Positions 27,859 to 38,152 of a stretch of DNA of 64,000 bases are shown here, piece after piece. The notes beneath the pieces are model-generated. The model saw only the letters and a list, made by a program, of their open reading frames with translations. It did no database searches and had not been told where the DNA came from. Every line of letters begins with the position of its first letter. The stretch's first letter is position 1. Both the position numbers and the translations under genes were made by a program. Source of the DNA: Thermomicrobium sp. (lineage in GTDB: Bacteria; Chloroflexota; Chloroflexia; Thermomicrobiales; Thermomicrobiaceae); contig JANZZC010000133.1 of NCBI GenBank assembly GCA_026419575.1, positions 2,496-66,495 of the forward strand, given 5' to 3'.

Positions 27859-29728
27859 CGCCGACTCGACGCGTGACGCGCTGCTGGTCGAGGTACTCGA
27901 GGAGAGCTTGTGCGTACTTGCGGCTGGTTCCCAGGGCGTCGCGCACCTGGGCGAGCGTGACGCTGCCGTTCGCGTCGATGAGCGCCAGGACCCGTTCGCG
28001 GATCTCCTGCCAGGCGTCCGGAGCGAAGACGACCTCGTCGGTGATCCGGACGACTCGACCCAGATCGGCGAGCGCCTGGACGAGTTCCGGATCCAAGCCG
28101 AAGTCGGCGGGGGCCGGAGGTGCGAACGGTTCCCGCCGGAGGGCCGCTTCGTAGGCCCGAGCGCGCTCCTCTTGCTCCGGCGAGAGACGGATGCGGTGCT
28201 CCGGCGTGCGCAGCACCTCGCCGTCTTCGACGAGCACCCCTTCGCTGGCCAGACGGCGCACGAGCAGATCGAAAGGCCGTTGCGTCAGGCCGAGACGGCT
28301 CCGCGCCATCTCCCGCGGCAGACCGCGGCGGAGCGGAAACCGCGCGTGGTACTCGGCCAGCGCTCGCAGCAGCTGTGCCTGCAGCCGCTCGACCACGTCG
28401 CGACGGACGAGCACGGTCGTTAGCCCGAGCGAATCGCCGGTCGTGTCCAGCGCCACCAGCCGGCCCTGGGCGATGAGTCGGTGCACGGCCCGCGTCGCCG
28501 CGGACTCTTCGAGGTTGGACCGTTGCAGGAGCTCGCGCCACTCGTACAACCCGCTCTCCAGGACGTGCAGGAGGATCGCCTCCGGATCACCCGAGGCGAG
28601 CGCTTCCAACCCCCGTATGACGTCCGGGCGGAAGCGGCGATGCCGCCGGGGATGCGTGTCGACGACGACGCCGCCGGCGAGCGTCGCGCTGGGCGAAGGG
28701 CGGCGCAGGATGAAGCGATCCCCGCGCAGGGCGACGATCGGGTGCTGCAGGCGGATCTGCACCCACCCGCTCTGGCCTGGTTCCAGCCGCTCGGCATCGA
28801 GCAAGGTCACCCGCGCGAGGGTCTCGCTGGTGCCGATGAAGAAGTCGACTTCGTCGTTCTGTTCGAGCGGTGCCGGTGCGTCCGCTACCAACCGGAGCTT
28901 GGCGTCGAGCAGCGTGGTCGGTTCCAGCCAGCCGGGGACGGTCAGGACGTCGCCCCGCTCGATCTCCTCGACCTCGACGCCGCTCAGGTTGACGGCGGTG
29001 CGCGAGCCGGGCGCGGCCCGCTCGACCTTCGTGCGGTGGCTCTGCAGTCCGCGGATGCGCGCTCGCAGACGGCGCGGCAGGATCTCGACCTCCTGGCCGA
29101 TTTCCAGGAAGCCGTCGCGCAGGGTGCCGGTCACGATCGTGCCGAAGCCTGGCATCGTGAAGACGCGGTCGATGGCGAGTCGTGGTCTCCCGTGTCCGGC
29201 ATGGGTCGGGACCGTCTCGAGGAGCTGGTCGATCGTCTGGACGAGTTCGTCCAGCCCCTCGCCGGTGACCGCCGACACCGGAACGATCCGCGCGCCTTCC
29301 AAAACGGTTCCGCGCAAGAGTTCCTCGACTTCGACCGTGACCAGCTCCAACCAGTCGGCATCGACGAGATCGCGCTTGGTGAGAACGACGATACCGTAAC
29401 GGATCTCCAGGAGATCGAGGATGGCGAGATGCTCGCGGGTCTGCGGCATCGGCCCTTCGTCGGCAGCGACGATCAGAAGGGCCGCATCGAAACCGCCGAC
29501 GCCGGCCAGCATGTTCTTGATGAAGCGTTCGTGTCCGGGAACGTCGACGATGCTCAGGCGACGGCCGCTCGGGAGCGTGAGCCAGGCGAAGCCGAGATCG
29601 ATCGTCATTTCCCGTTCTTTCTCTTCCCGCAAGCGGTCGGGATCGATGCCGGTGAGCGCCTTGACGAGGGTCGATTTGCCGTGGTCGACGTGCCCGGCGG
29701 TGCCGATAACATAGGTGTGGCGATTCAT
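27836..29728 (-). CDS. selB: selenocysteine-specific translation elongation factor
   Basis: 630 aa. GTPase motifs [21 protein letters not shown] and TKRD. EF-Tu-like domains II/III are followed by a long winged-helix C-terminal extension, a SelB-typical length and architecture. Confidence 0.92.
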   Translation of the reverse strand: MNRHTYVIGTAGHVDHGKSTLVKALTGIDPDRLREEKEREMTIDLGFAWLTLPSGRRLSIVDVPGHERFIKNMLAGVGGFDAALLIVAADEGPMPQTREHLAILDLLEIRYGIVVLTKRDLVDADWLELVTVEVEELLRGTVLEGARIVPVSAVTGEGLDELVQTIDQLLETVPTHAGHGRPRLAIDRVFTMPGFGTIVTGTLRDGFLEIGQEVEILPRRLRARIRGLQSHRTKVERAAPGSRTAVNLSGVEVEEIERGDVLTVPGWLEPTTLLDAKLRLVADAPAPLEQNDEVDFFIGTSETLARVTLLDAERLEPGQSGWVQIRLQHPIVALRGDRFILRRPSPSATLAGGVVVDTHPRRHRRFRPDVIRGLEALASGDPEAILLHVLESGLYEWRELLQRSNLEESAATRAVHRLIAQGRLVALDTTGDSLGLTTVLVRRDVVERLQAQLLRALAEYHARFPLRRGLPREMARSRLGLTQRPFDLLVRRLASEGVLVEDGEVLRTPEHRIRLSPEQEERARAYEAALRREPFAPPAPADFGLDPELVQALADLGRVVRITDEVVFAPDAWQEIRERVLALIDANGSVTLAQVRDALGTSRKYAQALLEYLDQQRVTRRVGDARVRYV

Positions 29729-29805
29729 GCCCGGTTCGCCTCTCCCATGTCCTTCGCCGTCAAGTGTAACGGTTCGCGCGCTGGCGCGGTGGGAGGGCAG
29801 GGTCG

Positions 29806-30708
29806 ATGGAATCCGTCACGATCCCGCGCTCCGCGACCAGTCCGGCGTTCGCTGCCGATGCGGTGCCGGTTGCTCGCGTACCGCCCGGTACGGTCGTCAT
29901 CTTCGAGACGACCGACGAACCGTATCGCTCGCTGGCGAGCGGCGTTCCGGTCGACCGGTCGGCGCTCGAGCGGTTCAATCTGGTGTCGGGCCCCCTCGCG
30001 GTCGAGGGGATCGAGCCTGGCGACGTGCTGCGCGTCGACATTCTCGAAATCACGATCGAGCGCGCTTGGCTCGTCTTTCTGCGATCTTATGGGCCACTCG
30101 GGGACCTGCTGCCCGAGACGCTCTGCAAGCAGCTGTCCATCGAGGCGGGTCGACTCGTCGTCTCGTCGCGTCTCCGCCTGCCGGTGCGACCGAGCATCGG
30201 TTGCCTCGGCTTGGCGCCGCGTTCCGGCCGCACGTCGACCTTCCGGCCGGTCCGACCCTGGGGCGGCAATCTGGATCTCCCCGAACTCGCGCCGGGGAGC
30301 ACGGTGTGGCTGCCGGTGCAGCGGCCCGAGGGGTACCTCTATGTCGGTGACGTCCACGCCGCGATGGGCGCGGGTGAGCCCGCGCACGTCGGTATCGAAG
30401 CAGCGGCGCGGGTGCGCGTGCGGGTCGATCGCAGCCAGGGGTTGTGCTGTCCTGCCCCGCGTATCCGGACGACAGGGGAGCTCCTGTTCGTCGGGATCGG
30501 CGAGACGGTCACGGTCGCGCAGCGCCATGCGCTGGAGCATGCTGTCGGGGCTCTCCGGAACGAGTACGGACTGGCTTCCAGCGAGGCGTACGCGCTCGCG
30601 AGCGCGTGTCTCTCGTATCGGTTCGGCGGTCCGGCCGGGCCGGTAGTCCTCGCAGCGGTGCCGCTCGACGTCCTGGCTCAATTGCCCGCGTCGGCGACCC
30701 CGAGCTGA
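29806..30708 (+). CDS. acetamidase/formamidase family protein
   Basis: SGPL.VEG.EPGD.L.V.I, GGN.D and GD.HA.MGAGE are blocks of the FmdA/AmdA family. Confidence 0.85.
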   Translation: MESVTIPRSATSPAFAADAVPVARVPPGTVVIFETTDEPYRSLASGVPVDRSALERFNLVSGPLAVEGIEPGDVLRVDILEITIERAWLVFLRSYGPLGDLLPETLCKQLSIEAGRLVVSSRLRLPVRPSIGCLGLAPRSGRTSTFRPVRPWGGNLDLPELAPGSTVWLPVQRPEGYLYVGDVHAAMGAGEPAHVGIEAAARVRVRVDRSQGLCCPAPRIRTTGELLFVGIGETVTVAQRHALEHAVGALRNEYGLASSEAYALASACLSYRFGGPAGPVVLAAVPLDVLAQLPASATPS

Positions 30709-32741
30709 CTCGCTAGTTCCTGCGGCGTCGTGACCGGGCGTTGGCAGACGAACTCGCGGCAAACATAGGCCGTCGGTTGCCCGTCGATCGCCTCCCGCCC
30801 GGCGAGGAGCGGGACGATCCGGGGAGCCTCCTCGTCGCCGGGCCGACGGAGGGCGAGGACGCGATTCGGTAGGTAGTTGCCGTACACGACGCGCAGCAGC
30901 GCCTGCGTCCGGGTGTCTTCCGGCGTCCCCACGATGGCGATCTCGAACGGTCGGCCGAGCGCGAAGTCCATCGCCACCAGCAATTGCCCGCAGGCGATCG
31001 GGTGTTCGACGGCGATGCGGGCGTAGCGTTCGAGCACGTGGGTCGCCCGATCGAGGTAGCGTCGCTCCCCGAGCAGGGTGCCGAGCCGGAGCAACGCTTC
31101 GGCAGCGGCACCGTTCCCGCTCGGCGTGCCTTGATCGACGAAAGTTTTCGGCCGGACGATCAGCGGCTCGCCGTCCTCCGGGGTGTCGAAGAAGTCGCCG
31201 GTCTCCGGATCGAGGAAGCGCTCCAGAACGACCTCGGCGAGTTCCCGAGCCCAGGCGATCCACGCGGGATCGAACGTCGCTTCGTAGAGTGAGATCAATC
31301 CATTGGCGAGATCGGCGTAGTCGTCCAGGAAGCCCGGGAAGCGCGGCTCGCTCTCTTCCCACACGTGGGAGAGCCGTGTCCCGTCCCACAGGTGCTGCCG
31401 GACGAAGGTCGCTGCCTCGGCGGCGACCTGCGCGTAGTCCGGCCGGTCGAAGGCGGTGGCCGCCTCTGCGAACGCCCGAATCGCGAGACCGTTCCAGGCG
31501 ACGATGACCTTTTCGTCGTGCGCCGGTGCGGGGCGGCGACTGCGAGCTTCGAAGAGGACGGCACGGGCCTGCCGGATCCGCTCATCCAACTCGTCCAGGG
31601 AGAGGCCGAACTCGGCAGCGATCGCCTCCGGATCGTCGGGAATGTGCAGGATCGACATTCCTTCGAAGTTGCCTTGTGGGGTCGCGCCGTAGTAGCGGCG
31701 AACGAGCTGTGCGTCGTCGGGCGGGAGCAGCGCCTCGATCTCGTCGAGGGTCCACAGGTAGTACGCACCCTCGCCACCCTCGCTGTCGGCGTCCTGAGCC
31801 GAGAAGAAGGCCCCGTGCGCTCCCCGCATCTCGCGCAACAGGTACCCCAGGGTGTCCTCGGCGACCCGGCGGCACCAGGCGGCGCCCGAAGCGAGGTACG
31901 CCTGGGTGTAGACCCGGGCCAGGAGGGCGTTGTCGTACAGCATCTTCTCGAAATGCGGGATCAACCAGGCGTCGTCGACCGTGTACCGGTGGAATCCACC
32001 GCCGACCTGGTCGTGGAGTCCTCCGCGAGCCATGGCCGCGAGACTCTGGAGCACCATCTCGAGCGCACGCGGTGCCCCGGCTCGGCGATAGGTGCGCAGC
32101 AGGAACTCGAGCTGGAGCGGCGCAGGGAACTTCGGCGCTTGGCCGAAACCACCGTGAACCCGGTCGTACTGGGGGACGAGGTTCCGGGCGGCCTCGTCGA
32201 GGAATTGCTCGCGGAGCGCTTCCGGAGTCAAGGGCGGCCGTGTCTGTTGGTGGAGGTACTGGACGAGATCCTCAGCCGCACGCTGTACTTCCTCGCGGCG
32301 TTCCCGATAGGCGTGAGCGACGGCGACGAGGACGCGGGGCCAGGCTGGTAGTTGTCCGCGGTCTTCGGGCGGGAAGTAGGTGCCGCCGTAGAACGGCTTT
32401 CCGTCCGGCGTGAGGAAGACGTTGAGCGGCCAACCGCCGGAGCCGGTCATCGCCTGGACGGCGTTCATGTAGAGCTCGTCGAGGTCGGGACGCTCCTCCC
32501 GGTCGACCTTGATATTGACGAAAAGTTCGTTCTGGAGCGCGGCGATCTCGGGATTCTCGAAGCACTCGTGCTCCATGACGTGGCACCAATGGCAGGAGGA
32601 GTAGCCGATACTGAGCAGGATCGGCTTGTCCTGCTCGCGGGCGACGCGGAACGCCTCTTCGCCCCACGGGTACCAGTCGACGGGGTTATCGGCGTGCTGA
32701 CGCAGGTACAGGCTCTTCTCGTTGGCGAGGCGGTTCGACAT
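30678..32741 (-). CDS. thioredoxin-domain (DUF255) / N-acylglucosamine-epimerase-like protein, YyaL family
   Basis: Start [31 protein letters not shown]. Motif [17 protein letters not shown] long alpha/alpha-toroid C-terminal part follows. 687 aa. Confidence 0.9.
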   Translation of the reverse strand: MSNRLANEKSLYLRQHADNPVDWYPWGEEAFRVAREQDKPILLSIGYSSCHWCHVMEHECFENPEIAALQNELFVNIKVDREERPDLDELYMNAVQAMTGSGGWPLNVFLTPDGKPFYGGTYFPPEDRGQLPAWPRVLVAVAHAYRERREEVQRAAEDLVQYLHQQTRPPLTPEALREQFLDEAARNLVPQYDRVHGGFGQAPKFPAPLQLEFLLRTYRRAGAPRALEMVLQSLAAMARGGLHDQVGGGFHRYTVDDAWLIPHFEKMLYDNALLARVYTQAYLASGAAWCRRVAEDTLGYLLREMRGAHGAFFSAQDADSEGGEGAYYLWTLDEIEALLPPDDAQLVRRYYGATPQGNFEGMSILHIPDDPEAIAAEFGLSLDELDERIRQARAVLFEARSRRPAPAHDEKVIVAWNGLAIRAFAEAATAFDRPDYAQVAAEAATFVRQHLWDGTRLSHVWEESEPRFPGFLDDYADLANGLISLYEATFDPAWIAWARELAEVVLERFLDPETGDFFDTPEDGEPLIVRPKTFVDQGTPSGNGAAAEALLRLGTLLGERRYLDRATHVLERYARIAVEHPIACGQLLVAMDFALGRPFEIAIVGTPEDTRTQALLRVVYGNYLPNRVLALRRPGDEEAPRIVPLLAGREAIDGQPTAYVCREFVCQRPVTTPQELASQLGVADAGN

Positions 32742-32921
32742 GGCGATCCTCGCTTTCGCGCTCGGTTGCCCGCACGGTTCCCGGTGGGACCGGGTTCGAT
32801 CAAGGATACCGGACGGAACGGGCGTCGGCGGCGATACGTCGATACCGTGCGCATCGGGCCGCTGGCACCGGAGCGGTGAGGCGCCGATTTGACGTCGGGG
32901 CGCTGGCATGCTAGCCTGAGC

Positions 32922-33093
32922 GCATGTACGGTTCTCGAGCGCAGGACCGTGCAGGGGAAAGGGGGTGATGCCCGGAATGAGTAGTCACGAACTTCCGGGC
33001 GTCACCGTGGAGGTGGTCGGTTAGCCGACCCCCGACGCGGGGGACGCCCAAGCGAACCACCGAGCCGGCCTCATCAGGCCGGCTCGGTGTTTT
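32922..33093 (+). ncRNA. unclassified structured RNA (candidate riboswitch/attenuator leader of DUF1684-pepA, or stand-alone sRNA)
   Basis: No convincing CDS in the 360-nt divergent gap. Stacked hairpins: 32926-32932/32946-32952; a 13-bp stem 32966-32978/32993-33005; GGTCGG-ttag-CCGACC at 33015-33030. It ends in a canonical intrinsic terminator. Confidence 0.4.
33058..33093 (+). terminator. rho-independent terminator
   Basis: 13-bp GC-rich stem CACCGAGCCGGCC-tcatca-GGCCGGCTCGGTG followed by TTTT. There is no upstream plus-strand CDS, so it terminates a leader or sRNA. Confidence 0.7.
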
Positions 33094-33154
33094 CAGGGTA
33101 TCCTTGCGCGTGTGTCGGAAAGCGAGCATGACACGCGAACGAGGAGCAGGCCCG

Positions 33155-33748
33155 ATGGAGAACGTCGAAACGTATGTCCGGCGGATCGAAGAGTACCGGA
33201 AGCGGCGCGACGAATTCTTCCGCACCAATCCCAACTCGCCGCTCCTCCCCGAACAGCGCGAGCGTTTCCAGGGACTCCGATACTATCCGGTGAAGCCGGA
33301 GTATCGCTTCGTCGTCGAACTCGAGCGCCCCGAGGGCGAGCCGCAGCGGGTCGTCCTCGGAACGACGACCGGCGAGCCGAAGGAGTTCGTCGTCGCCGGT
33401 CGGGCGACGGTGGTGATCGAGGGGAAGCCGGTGACGTTCACGGTGTATCGCGAGGTGGGGCGCGGGCGCTACTTCCTCCCCTTCCGCGATGCGACGGCTG
33501 GGACGGAGACCTATTCGGTTGGGCGCTACCTCGATCCGCAGGAGACGCCGGACGGGAAGTTGGTCATCGACTTCAACATGGCCTACAACCCGTACTGCGC
33601 CTACAACGATCGCTGGACCTGCCCGATCCCGCCGCGCGAAAATATCGTCGATGTGCCGATCCGAGCGGGGGAGATGATGTACCCCGACTACGTGTCGGTG
33701 ACCGAGGAGGAGAAGCCTTCCGGACCGGTTCCGCTGATCGGGGGGTGA
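33155..33748 (+). CDS. DUF1684 domain protein
   Basis: Y...R..RD.FFR....SPL, G.RYFLPFRDAT.G.ETY..GRYLD, YNPYCAYN..W.CP.PP.EN are DUF1684 blocks. ATG 33155 preferred (GAGGAG 9 nt upstream); ATG 33128 is also possible. Confidence 0.85.
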   Translation: MENVETYVRRIEEYRKRRDEFFRTNPNSPLLPEQRERFQGLRYYPVKPEYRFVVELERPEGEPQRVVLGTTTGEPKEFVVAGRATVVIEGKPVTFTVYREVGRGRYFLPFRDATAGTETYSVGRYLDPQETPDGKLVIDFNMAYNPYCAYNDRWTCPIPPRENIVDVPIRAGEMMYPDYVSVTEEEKPSGPVPLIGG

Positions 33749-33749
33749 G

Positions 33750-35255
33750 GTGGTACCGGAGGTCGTCACGACGAGCGAGCCGTTGGATGTCCTCAGCGGG
33801 ACGGTCGTCGTGCCGGTCGTTCCCGAGTACCGGAGCGACGAGGGAGCTCCGGCCGGGGACGAGGGAGCGCGCGTGTGGTTGGAGCGCGCGGCGCGCGCGG
33901 TCGGCGTTTCCGGGCGAGCCGGTCACACCGCCGTGTCGCTGGCCCCGCCGGGCTGGCGCGCTGAACGTCTGATCCTGGCCGGTACCGGGGTTCCGGCACA
34001 GCGGACGGTGCACGACCTCCGCCGGGTCGCGGCGCTGACCGCGAAGCAGGTCGCCGAGGTCGGGGGCGGGACGCTGGTCTGGCCGGTGCTCACCGTACCG
34101 GGTGTTCCGATCGAGACGGTCGTGCAAGCGATCGTCGAGGGGGTCGGCCTCGCGAATTACCGGTTCCATCGGTATCGGAGCGCCGACGCTGCACCCCGCG
34201 TGGAGCGGCTGGTGATCGCCGGCACCGGGCCGTCGGTCGAGGCAGGCGTGCGGCGTGGTCGGATCGTGGCCGACGCGGTGCGCTTCGCCCGGGATCTGAC
34301 CAACGAGCCGGGCAACGTGCTCGATCCGGAGCATTTGAGCGGCATCGCCTGGGAGGTCGCGCAGGACGTCGGTCTGCAGTGCTCCGTCTACGACCGCGCG
34401 TCGCTGGAGGAGCTCGGCGCCGGGGCGATCCTCGCGGTCGGACAGGGAAGCCGGCGCGAACCCCGCTTGATCCATCTCGTCTATCGACCGGAAGCGCGGC
34501 CAGCGAGACGGATCGCCCTCGTCGGCAAGGCGGTGACCTTCGATTCGGGTGGGCTGAGTCTCAAGCCTGCCGACGGGATGGAGCGGATGAAGGGCGACAT
34601 GGCCGGGGGTGCCGCTGTCCTGGCCGTCCTGCGGGCGCTCCCCGCGCTCGGCGTGCCCGTCGAGGTGCACGGTATCGTGGCGGCGGCCGAGAACATGCCG
34701 GACGGGGACGCTTTCCGTCCCGGTGATATCGTGCGCACGCTGAGCGGAAAGACGGTCGAGGTGATCAGCACCGATGCCGAGGGACGGCTGCTCCTCGCCG
34801 ATGCGTTGACCTTCGCCGTGCAGCACGACGCGGAGCTCCTGGTCGATGTGGCGACGCTCACCGGCGCGTGCGCGGTCGCGCTCGGGCGGGGCGGCAGTGG
34901 TCTTTTCGCGAGCGATGAGCAGGCGCGCCTGCTCTTCCTGCGGGCGGCGGAGGAGACCGGCGAGCGCGTCTGGCCGTTGCCGCTCTGGGACGAGTACCGC
35001 GAACTCTTGCGGAGCGAGCATGCCGACTTGAAGAACACCGCCGGGCGTTGGGGCGGGGCCATCAACGCGGCGCTCTTTCTCCGCGAGTTCACCGCCGGTC
35101 GTCCCTGGTTGCATCTCGACATCGCCGGACCGGCGTGGGCGGAGAGCGCTGGGCCGTTCGGCCCTGCTGGCGCGACGGGCCACGCCGTCCGGACTCTCCT
35201 CCGCTTCGTCGAGCTGTGGGCGGCGGAAGAGCGGCGCGGGGAGGCGCGTCGATGA
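33750..35255 (+). CDS. pepA: leucyl aminopeptidase (M17)
   Basis: VGKAVTFDSGGLSLKP...M..MK.DM.GGAAV and NTDAEGRL-type block (STDAEGRLLLADAL). Confidence 0.93.
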   Translation: MVPEVVTTSEPLDVLSGTVVVPVVPEYRSDEGAPAGDEGARVWLERAARAVGVSGRAGHTAVSLAPPGWRAERLILAGTGVPAQRTVHDLRRVAALTAKQVAEVGGGTLVWPVLTVPGVPIETVVQAIVEGVGLANYRFHRYRSADAAPRVERLVIAGTGPSVEAGVRRGRIVADAVRFARDLTNEPGNVLDPEHLSGIAWEVAQDVGLQCSVYDRASLEELGAGAILAVGQGSRREPRLIHLVYRPEARPARRIALVGKAVTFDSGGLSLKPADGMERMKGDMAGGAAVLAVLRALPALGVPVEVHGIVAAAENMPDGDAFRPGDIVRTLSGKTVEVISTDAEGRLLLADALTFAVQHDAELLVDVATLTGACAVALGRGGSGLFASDEQARLLFLRAAEETGERVWPLPLWDEYRELLRSEHADLKNTAGRWGGAINAALFLREFTAGRPWLHLDIAGPAWAESAGPFGPAGATGHAVRTLLRFVELWAAEERRGEARR

Positions 35256-35674
35256 GTCGAACCTTCGCTCGTCGCTTTCAGGTCGCGACCACCGGTCATG
35301 ACCAGATGGTCGACATCACTGCGCAGGTACGCGAAGCGGTGACGAACAGCGGCATCCGGGACGGGCTGGTCTGCGTGTTCGTCGCGCATTCGACCGCGGC
35401 GGTTTCGGTTTCCGAGTACGAGTCGGGTCTGGTCGAGGACGTGCGACTGACGGCCGAGCGGATCGCTCCGGCGCGGGCCGACTACGCGCACAATCGCTTG
35501 AACGCGGACGACAACGCGCACAGCCATCTCCGTGCGCTCGTGATCGGGCCGTCGGTGACGGTGCCGTTGGTCAGCGGGGATTTGACGCTCGGCACGTGGC
35601 AGCGCATCGTTCTGATTGATTTCGACACCCACGCGCGCACGCGGACGTTCTGGGTACAGGTTCTCGGTGAGTGA
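35252..35674 (+). CDS. YjbQ / UPF0047 family protein (secondary thiamine-phosphate synthase-like)
   Basis: 140 aa. VDIT..V, G...VFV.HSTAAV...E and NAHSHLRA......VTVPL..G.L.LGTWQ motifs. ATGA overlap with pepA. Confidence 0.88.
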   Translation: MSRTFARRFQVATTGHDQMVDITAQVREAVTNSGIRDGLVCVFVAHSTAAVSVSEYESGLVEDVRLTAERIAPARADYAHNRLNADDNAHSHLRALVIGPSVTVPLVSGDLTLGTWQRIVLIDFDTHARTRTFWVQVLGE

Positions 35675-36029
35675 TCGGCTGCGGGAGACGATCGCCGGTT
35701 TTCTCGCGCGGGCGCGGGCGCAGCGCGGTTGGACGCTCCGGCAGCTCGCCGAGCGGAGCGGACTGTCGGTCGCTTACGTGAGCGAGCTGGAACATGGGCG
35801 GAAGCTGCCGACTCTGGAGGCGCTCGAGCAGCTCGCTCGGGCGTACGAACTGCCGCTCGCGGAGTTCCTGCGCGCGCTGGCGGATTCACTCGATGGTTCG
35901 CCGCTGCCGCGGCCGAGCTGCGCGGATTTCGCTCACCTCGATGCCGAAGAGCGCGCCGAACTCGAGCGCTTCGCTGCCTATCTCCGTTGGCGACGTCGGA
36001 CGATGCCCGAGCACACCAGGGAGGGATGA
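35667..36029 (+). CDS. XRE family HTH transcriptional regulator
   Basis: GTG start overlapping the yjbQ end. HTH_3 core RGWTLRQLAERSGLSVAYVSELEHGRKLPTLEALEQLARAYELPL. Confidence 0.8.
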   Translation: MSDRLRETIAGFLARARAQRGWTLRQLAERSGLSVAYVSELEHGRKLPTLEALEQLARAYELPLAEFLRALADSLDGSPLPRPSCADFAHLDAEERAELERFAAYLRWRRRTMPEHTREG

Positions 36030-36032
36030 GCG

Positions 36033-36917
36033 GTGACGACGATCGACCGGGAACGGCTGCTGGTGAGCACGAGCTGGTTGGTCGACCGCTCGGACGATCC
36101 GAGCATACGGATCCTCGATTGCCGGTATTACTTCGACGGACGCGACGGCTACGCGGAGTATCGGCGCGGGCACATTCCCGGTGCACGGTACTTCGACTGG
36201 ACGAAGGTGACGGTCGACCCGGACGATCCGATCGCCTACCGGCTCGCACCAGCGGAGTACATCGCCGGGCGGCTCGGCGAACTGGGAATCGGCGACGAGC
36301 ACACGATCGTCGGGTACGACGACGAGGGCGGTCACTTCGTCGCCCGTTTGTGGCTGACGCTGGCGCGCTACGGACGGGCCGATCGTCTCCGGATTCTGGA
36401 CGGTGGGTGGACACGGTGGGTGCAGGAAGGGCGCGCGGTCAGTACCGACGAGCCGACGTGGCCGCCTGCCCGTTTCACGCTTCCGGGGCTTCATCCCGAT
36501 CCCGACCTCGTGGTCGACGCTGACGAGGTCCTCCAGGCCATCGCCGAGGGGTCGGCGGTCGTACTCGACGTGCGGCGCTTCAGCGAGTACAGCGGCGAGG
36601 AAGTGCGGGCACGGCGCGGCGGGCACGTTCCGGGTGCACGACACTGGTTCTGGCAGCAGAGTTTGGAGTGGGACGGCGACCGCACCTTTCGTTCGGCCGA
36701 GGCGGTGCTGGCGAGCGTGCGGCGTGTCGGTGTGGGTCCGGAGACGCCGGTGATCACCTACTGTCACGGGGGTGTGCGAGCGGCGCACGCGGCGTTGGCG
36801 CTCCGGATGGCAGGCGTCGCGAACGTGCGGGTGTACGTGGGGAGTTGGGCAGAGTGGGGTAACCGCGACGACTTGCCGATCGCGCTGGGGAGCGCGGATC
36901 CAACGGTCTCATGCTGA
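36033..36917 (+). CDS. rhodanese-type sulfurtransferase (tandem rhodanese domains)
   Basis: YRRGHIPGA repeated in both halves. Active-site loop YCHGGVRAA. 294 aa. Confidence 0.9.
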   Translation: MTTIDRERLLVSTSWLVDRSDDPSIRILDCRYYFDGRDGYAEYRRGHIPGARYFDWTKVTVDPDDPIAYRLAPAEYIAGRLGELGIGDEHTIVGYDDEGGHFVARLWLTLARYGRADRLRILDGGWTRWVQEGRAVSTDEPTWPPARFTLPGLHPDPDLVVDADEVLQAIAEGSAVVLDVRRFSEYSGEEVRARRGGHVPGARHWFWQQSLEWDGDRTFRSAEAVLASVRRVGVGPETPVITYCHGGVRAAHAALALRMAGVANVRVYVGSWAEWGNRDDLPIALGSADPTVSC

Positions 36918-37529
36918 GGGTTTCTCGGCGAGAACCCACTCCACGATCCCCAGAGCTCGTCGCTCGACCTCGAGGACGCGAAAGCCGATCGTTTCCAAGT
37001 GTTCCAGCGGTTCGCGCACGAGGTGGTCGTACGCGAAGCGCATGCTCAGAGGATCGAGCAGTCGTTGGACCACCCGCACCGCTCGGTTCGGACTGCGCAC
37101 GTGCTCGACGAGGACGAGGCGACCGCCGGGACGGAGTACACGGAACGCCTCCCGCAACGCTTGTCGATCGTCGGGAATGGTGCACAGCGTGAGAACCGAG
37201 ATAGCGACGTCGATGCAGTCGTCGCGGAGCGGGAGGCGCTGCGCGTCGCCCCGGATCAGCGACACGCGAGCTGGCGAGAAACGAGCGCGTCGCGCAGCGA
37301 CGTCGAGCATGCCCCGGCTCAAATCGAGGCCGATCACCATGACTCCGGCTGGATAGTAGGGAAGCGTCCGCCCCGTGCCGATCGCGATCTCGAGCGTGCG
37401 GCCGCGGGCGTGGCGCGCTGCTCGGGCGCGCCAGTCACCGAGCAGCCATGTCTCGATGCGGTCGAGCGCGCGGTCGTAACCCCGCGCGAGACGGTCGTAG
37501 TGCTTCGCGAGCGACGCGAGTTCCTGCAT
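36909..37529 (-). CDS. class I SAM-dependent methyltransferase
   Basis: Motif I LEIAIGTGR. Post-I and motif II/III spacing (DLS..ML, RVLRPGGRLVLVEH). Confidence 0.85.
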   Translation of the reverse strand: MQELASLAKHYDRLARGYDRALDRIETWLLGDWRARAARHARGRTLEIAIGTGRTLPYYPAGVMVIGLDLSRGMLDVAARRARFSPARVSLIRGDAQRLPLRDDCIDVAISVLTLCTIPDDRQALREAFRVLRPGGRLVLVEHVRSPNRAVRVVQRLLDPLSMRFAYDHLVREPLEHLETIGFRVLEVERRALGIVEWVLAEKPSA

Positions 37530-37600
37530 CGAGAGACGGTCCGTTCGGTCCGACGTCAGTGTAGCTGGTCAGGCGCGCGGCGAGCCGGTAGGCTTGTGGT

Positions 37601-38131
37601 GTGGCGTCGAGGAGGGGCCCGGAGATGTGGTTGATTGTTCCCCTCGTGTTCGTGCTGTCCTGGAGGATGACGCGGCGTTTCGGGCAAGCGTTCAACGAGA
37701 CGGTCGCCTGGGTGGTGGGATACTTCGCGACCGCCGGGATCCTGTGGTTCGCCGATTTCGGCGGGATCGAGCTGATCGACACGCGGCCCAACGGACCGGG
37801 TGCGCTGCTGGCCGTGCTCGGTGGCTTCGCCGGGATGTTCCTGAGTCGCTGGCGCTGGAAGCGGCGCGGTGGGCACCTGGAGCCGCGGAGAGACCTCCTG
37901 CGGGAACTGGGGCGCGGTGCGGGCCGCTTGCGGGAGAACCGAGGGAATGCGGTCGGTAGCGGGAACGGGACGAGTGCGGCACGTGCGGGTTCGCAGGACT
38001 TCTCCACGGCGGCCGGGCGACTGCTGGGACGTGCGGCGGCGAGCGTCTTCGTTCCCGAGCTCCGCCGGAAGAATCCTTGGGTGCGCGCTGTCCGGGCGTT
38101 CGTGGCCGGCACGCGGACGCCGCGCAAGTGA
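37601..38131 (+). CDS. hypothetical membrane protein
   Basis: Codon pattern with G/C-rich third positions. Three hydrophobic segments (WLIVPLVFVLSW, VAWVVGYFATAGILWF, ALLAVLGGFAGMFL), then a charged tail. No family recognised. Confidence 0.55.
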   Translation: MASRRGPEMWLIVPLVFVLSWRMTRRFGQAFNETVAWVVGYFATAGILWFADFGGIELIDTRPNGPGALLAVLGGFAGMFLSRWRWKRRGGHLEPRRDLLRELGRGAGRLRENRGNAVGSGNGTSAARAGSQDFSTAAGRLLGRAAASVFVPELRRKNPWVRAVRAFVAGTRTPRK

Positions 38132-38152
38132 ACCGACGAGGGAGGGGTTGCG

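Noticed and set aside
32941-33070. Partial resemblance of the structured RNA to c-di-GMP-I (GCAGGGGAAAGG ... GGGACGCCCAAGC), to SRP RNA domain IV (CCGGAAUGAGUAGUC) and to the Mn riboswitch (GAGUAG).
   Set aside because: The matches are only short strings. The required pairings (GNRA loop closure, spacing of the conserved halves) do not hold when drawn out, so I left it unclassified.
32911-33234. The 107-aa minus-strand ORF in the yyaL/DUF1684 intergenic region.
   Set aside because: Its translation is Arg/Ser-rich and matches no family. It overlaps the DUF1684 5' end and the plus-strand terminator and hairpins. The structured-RNA interpretation fits better.
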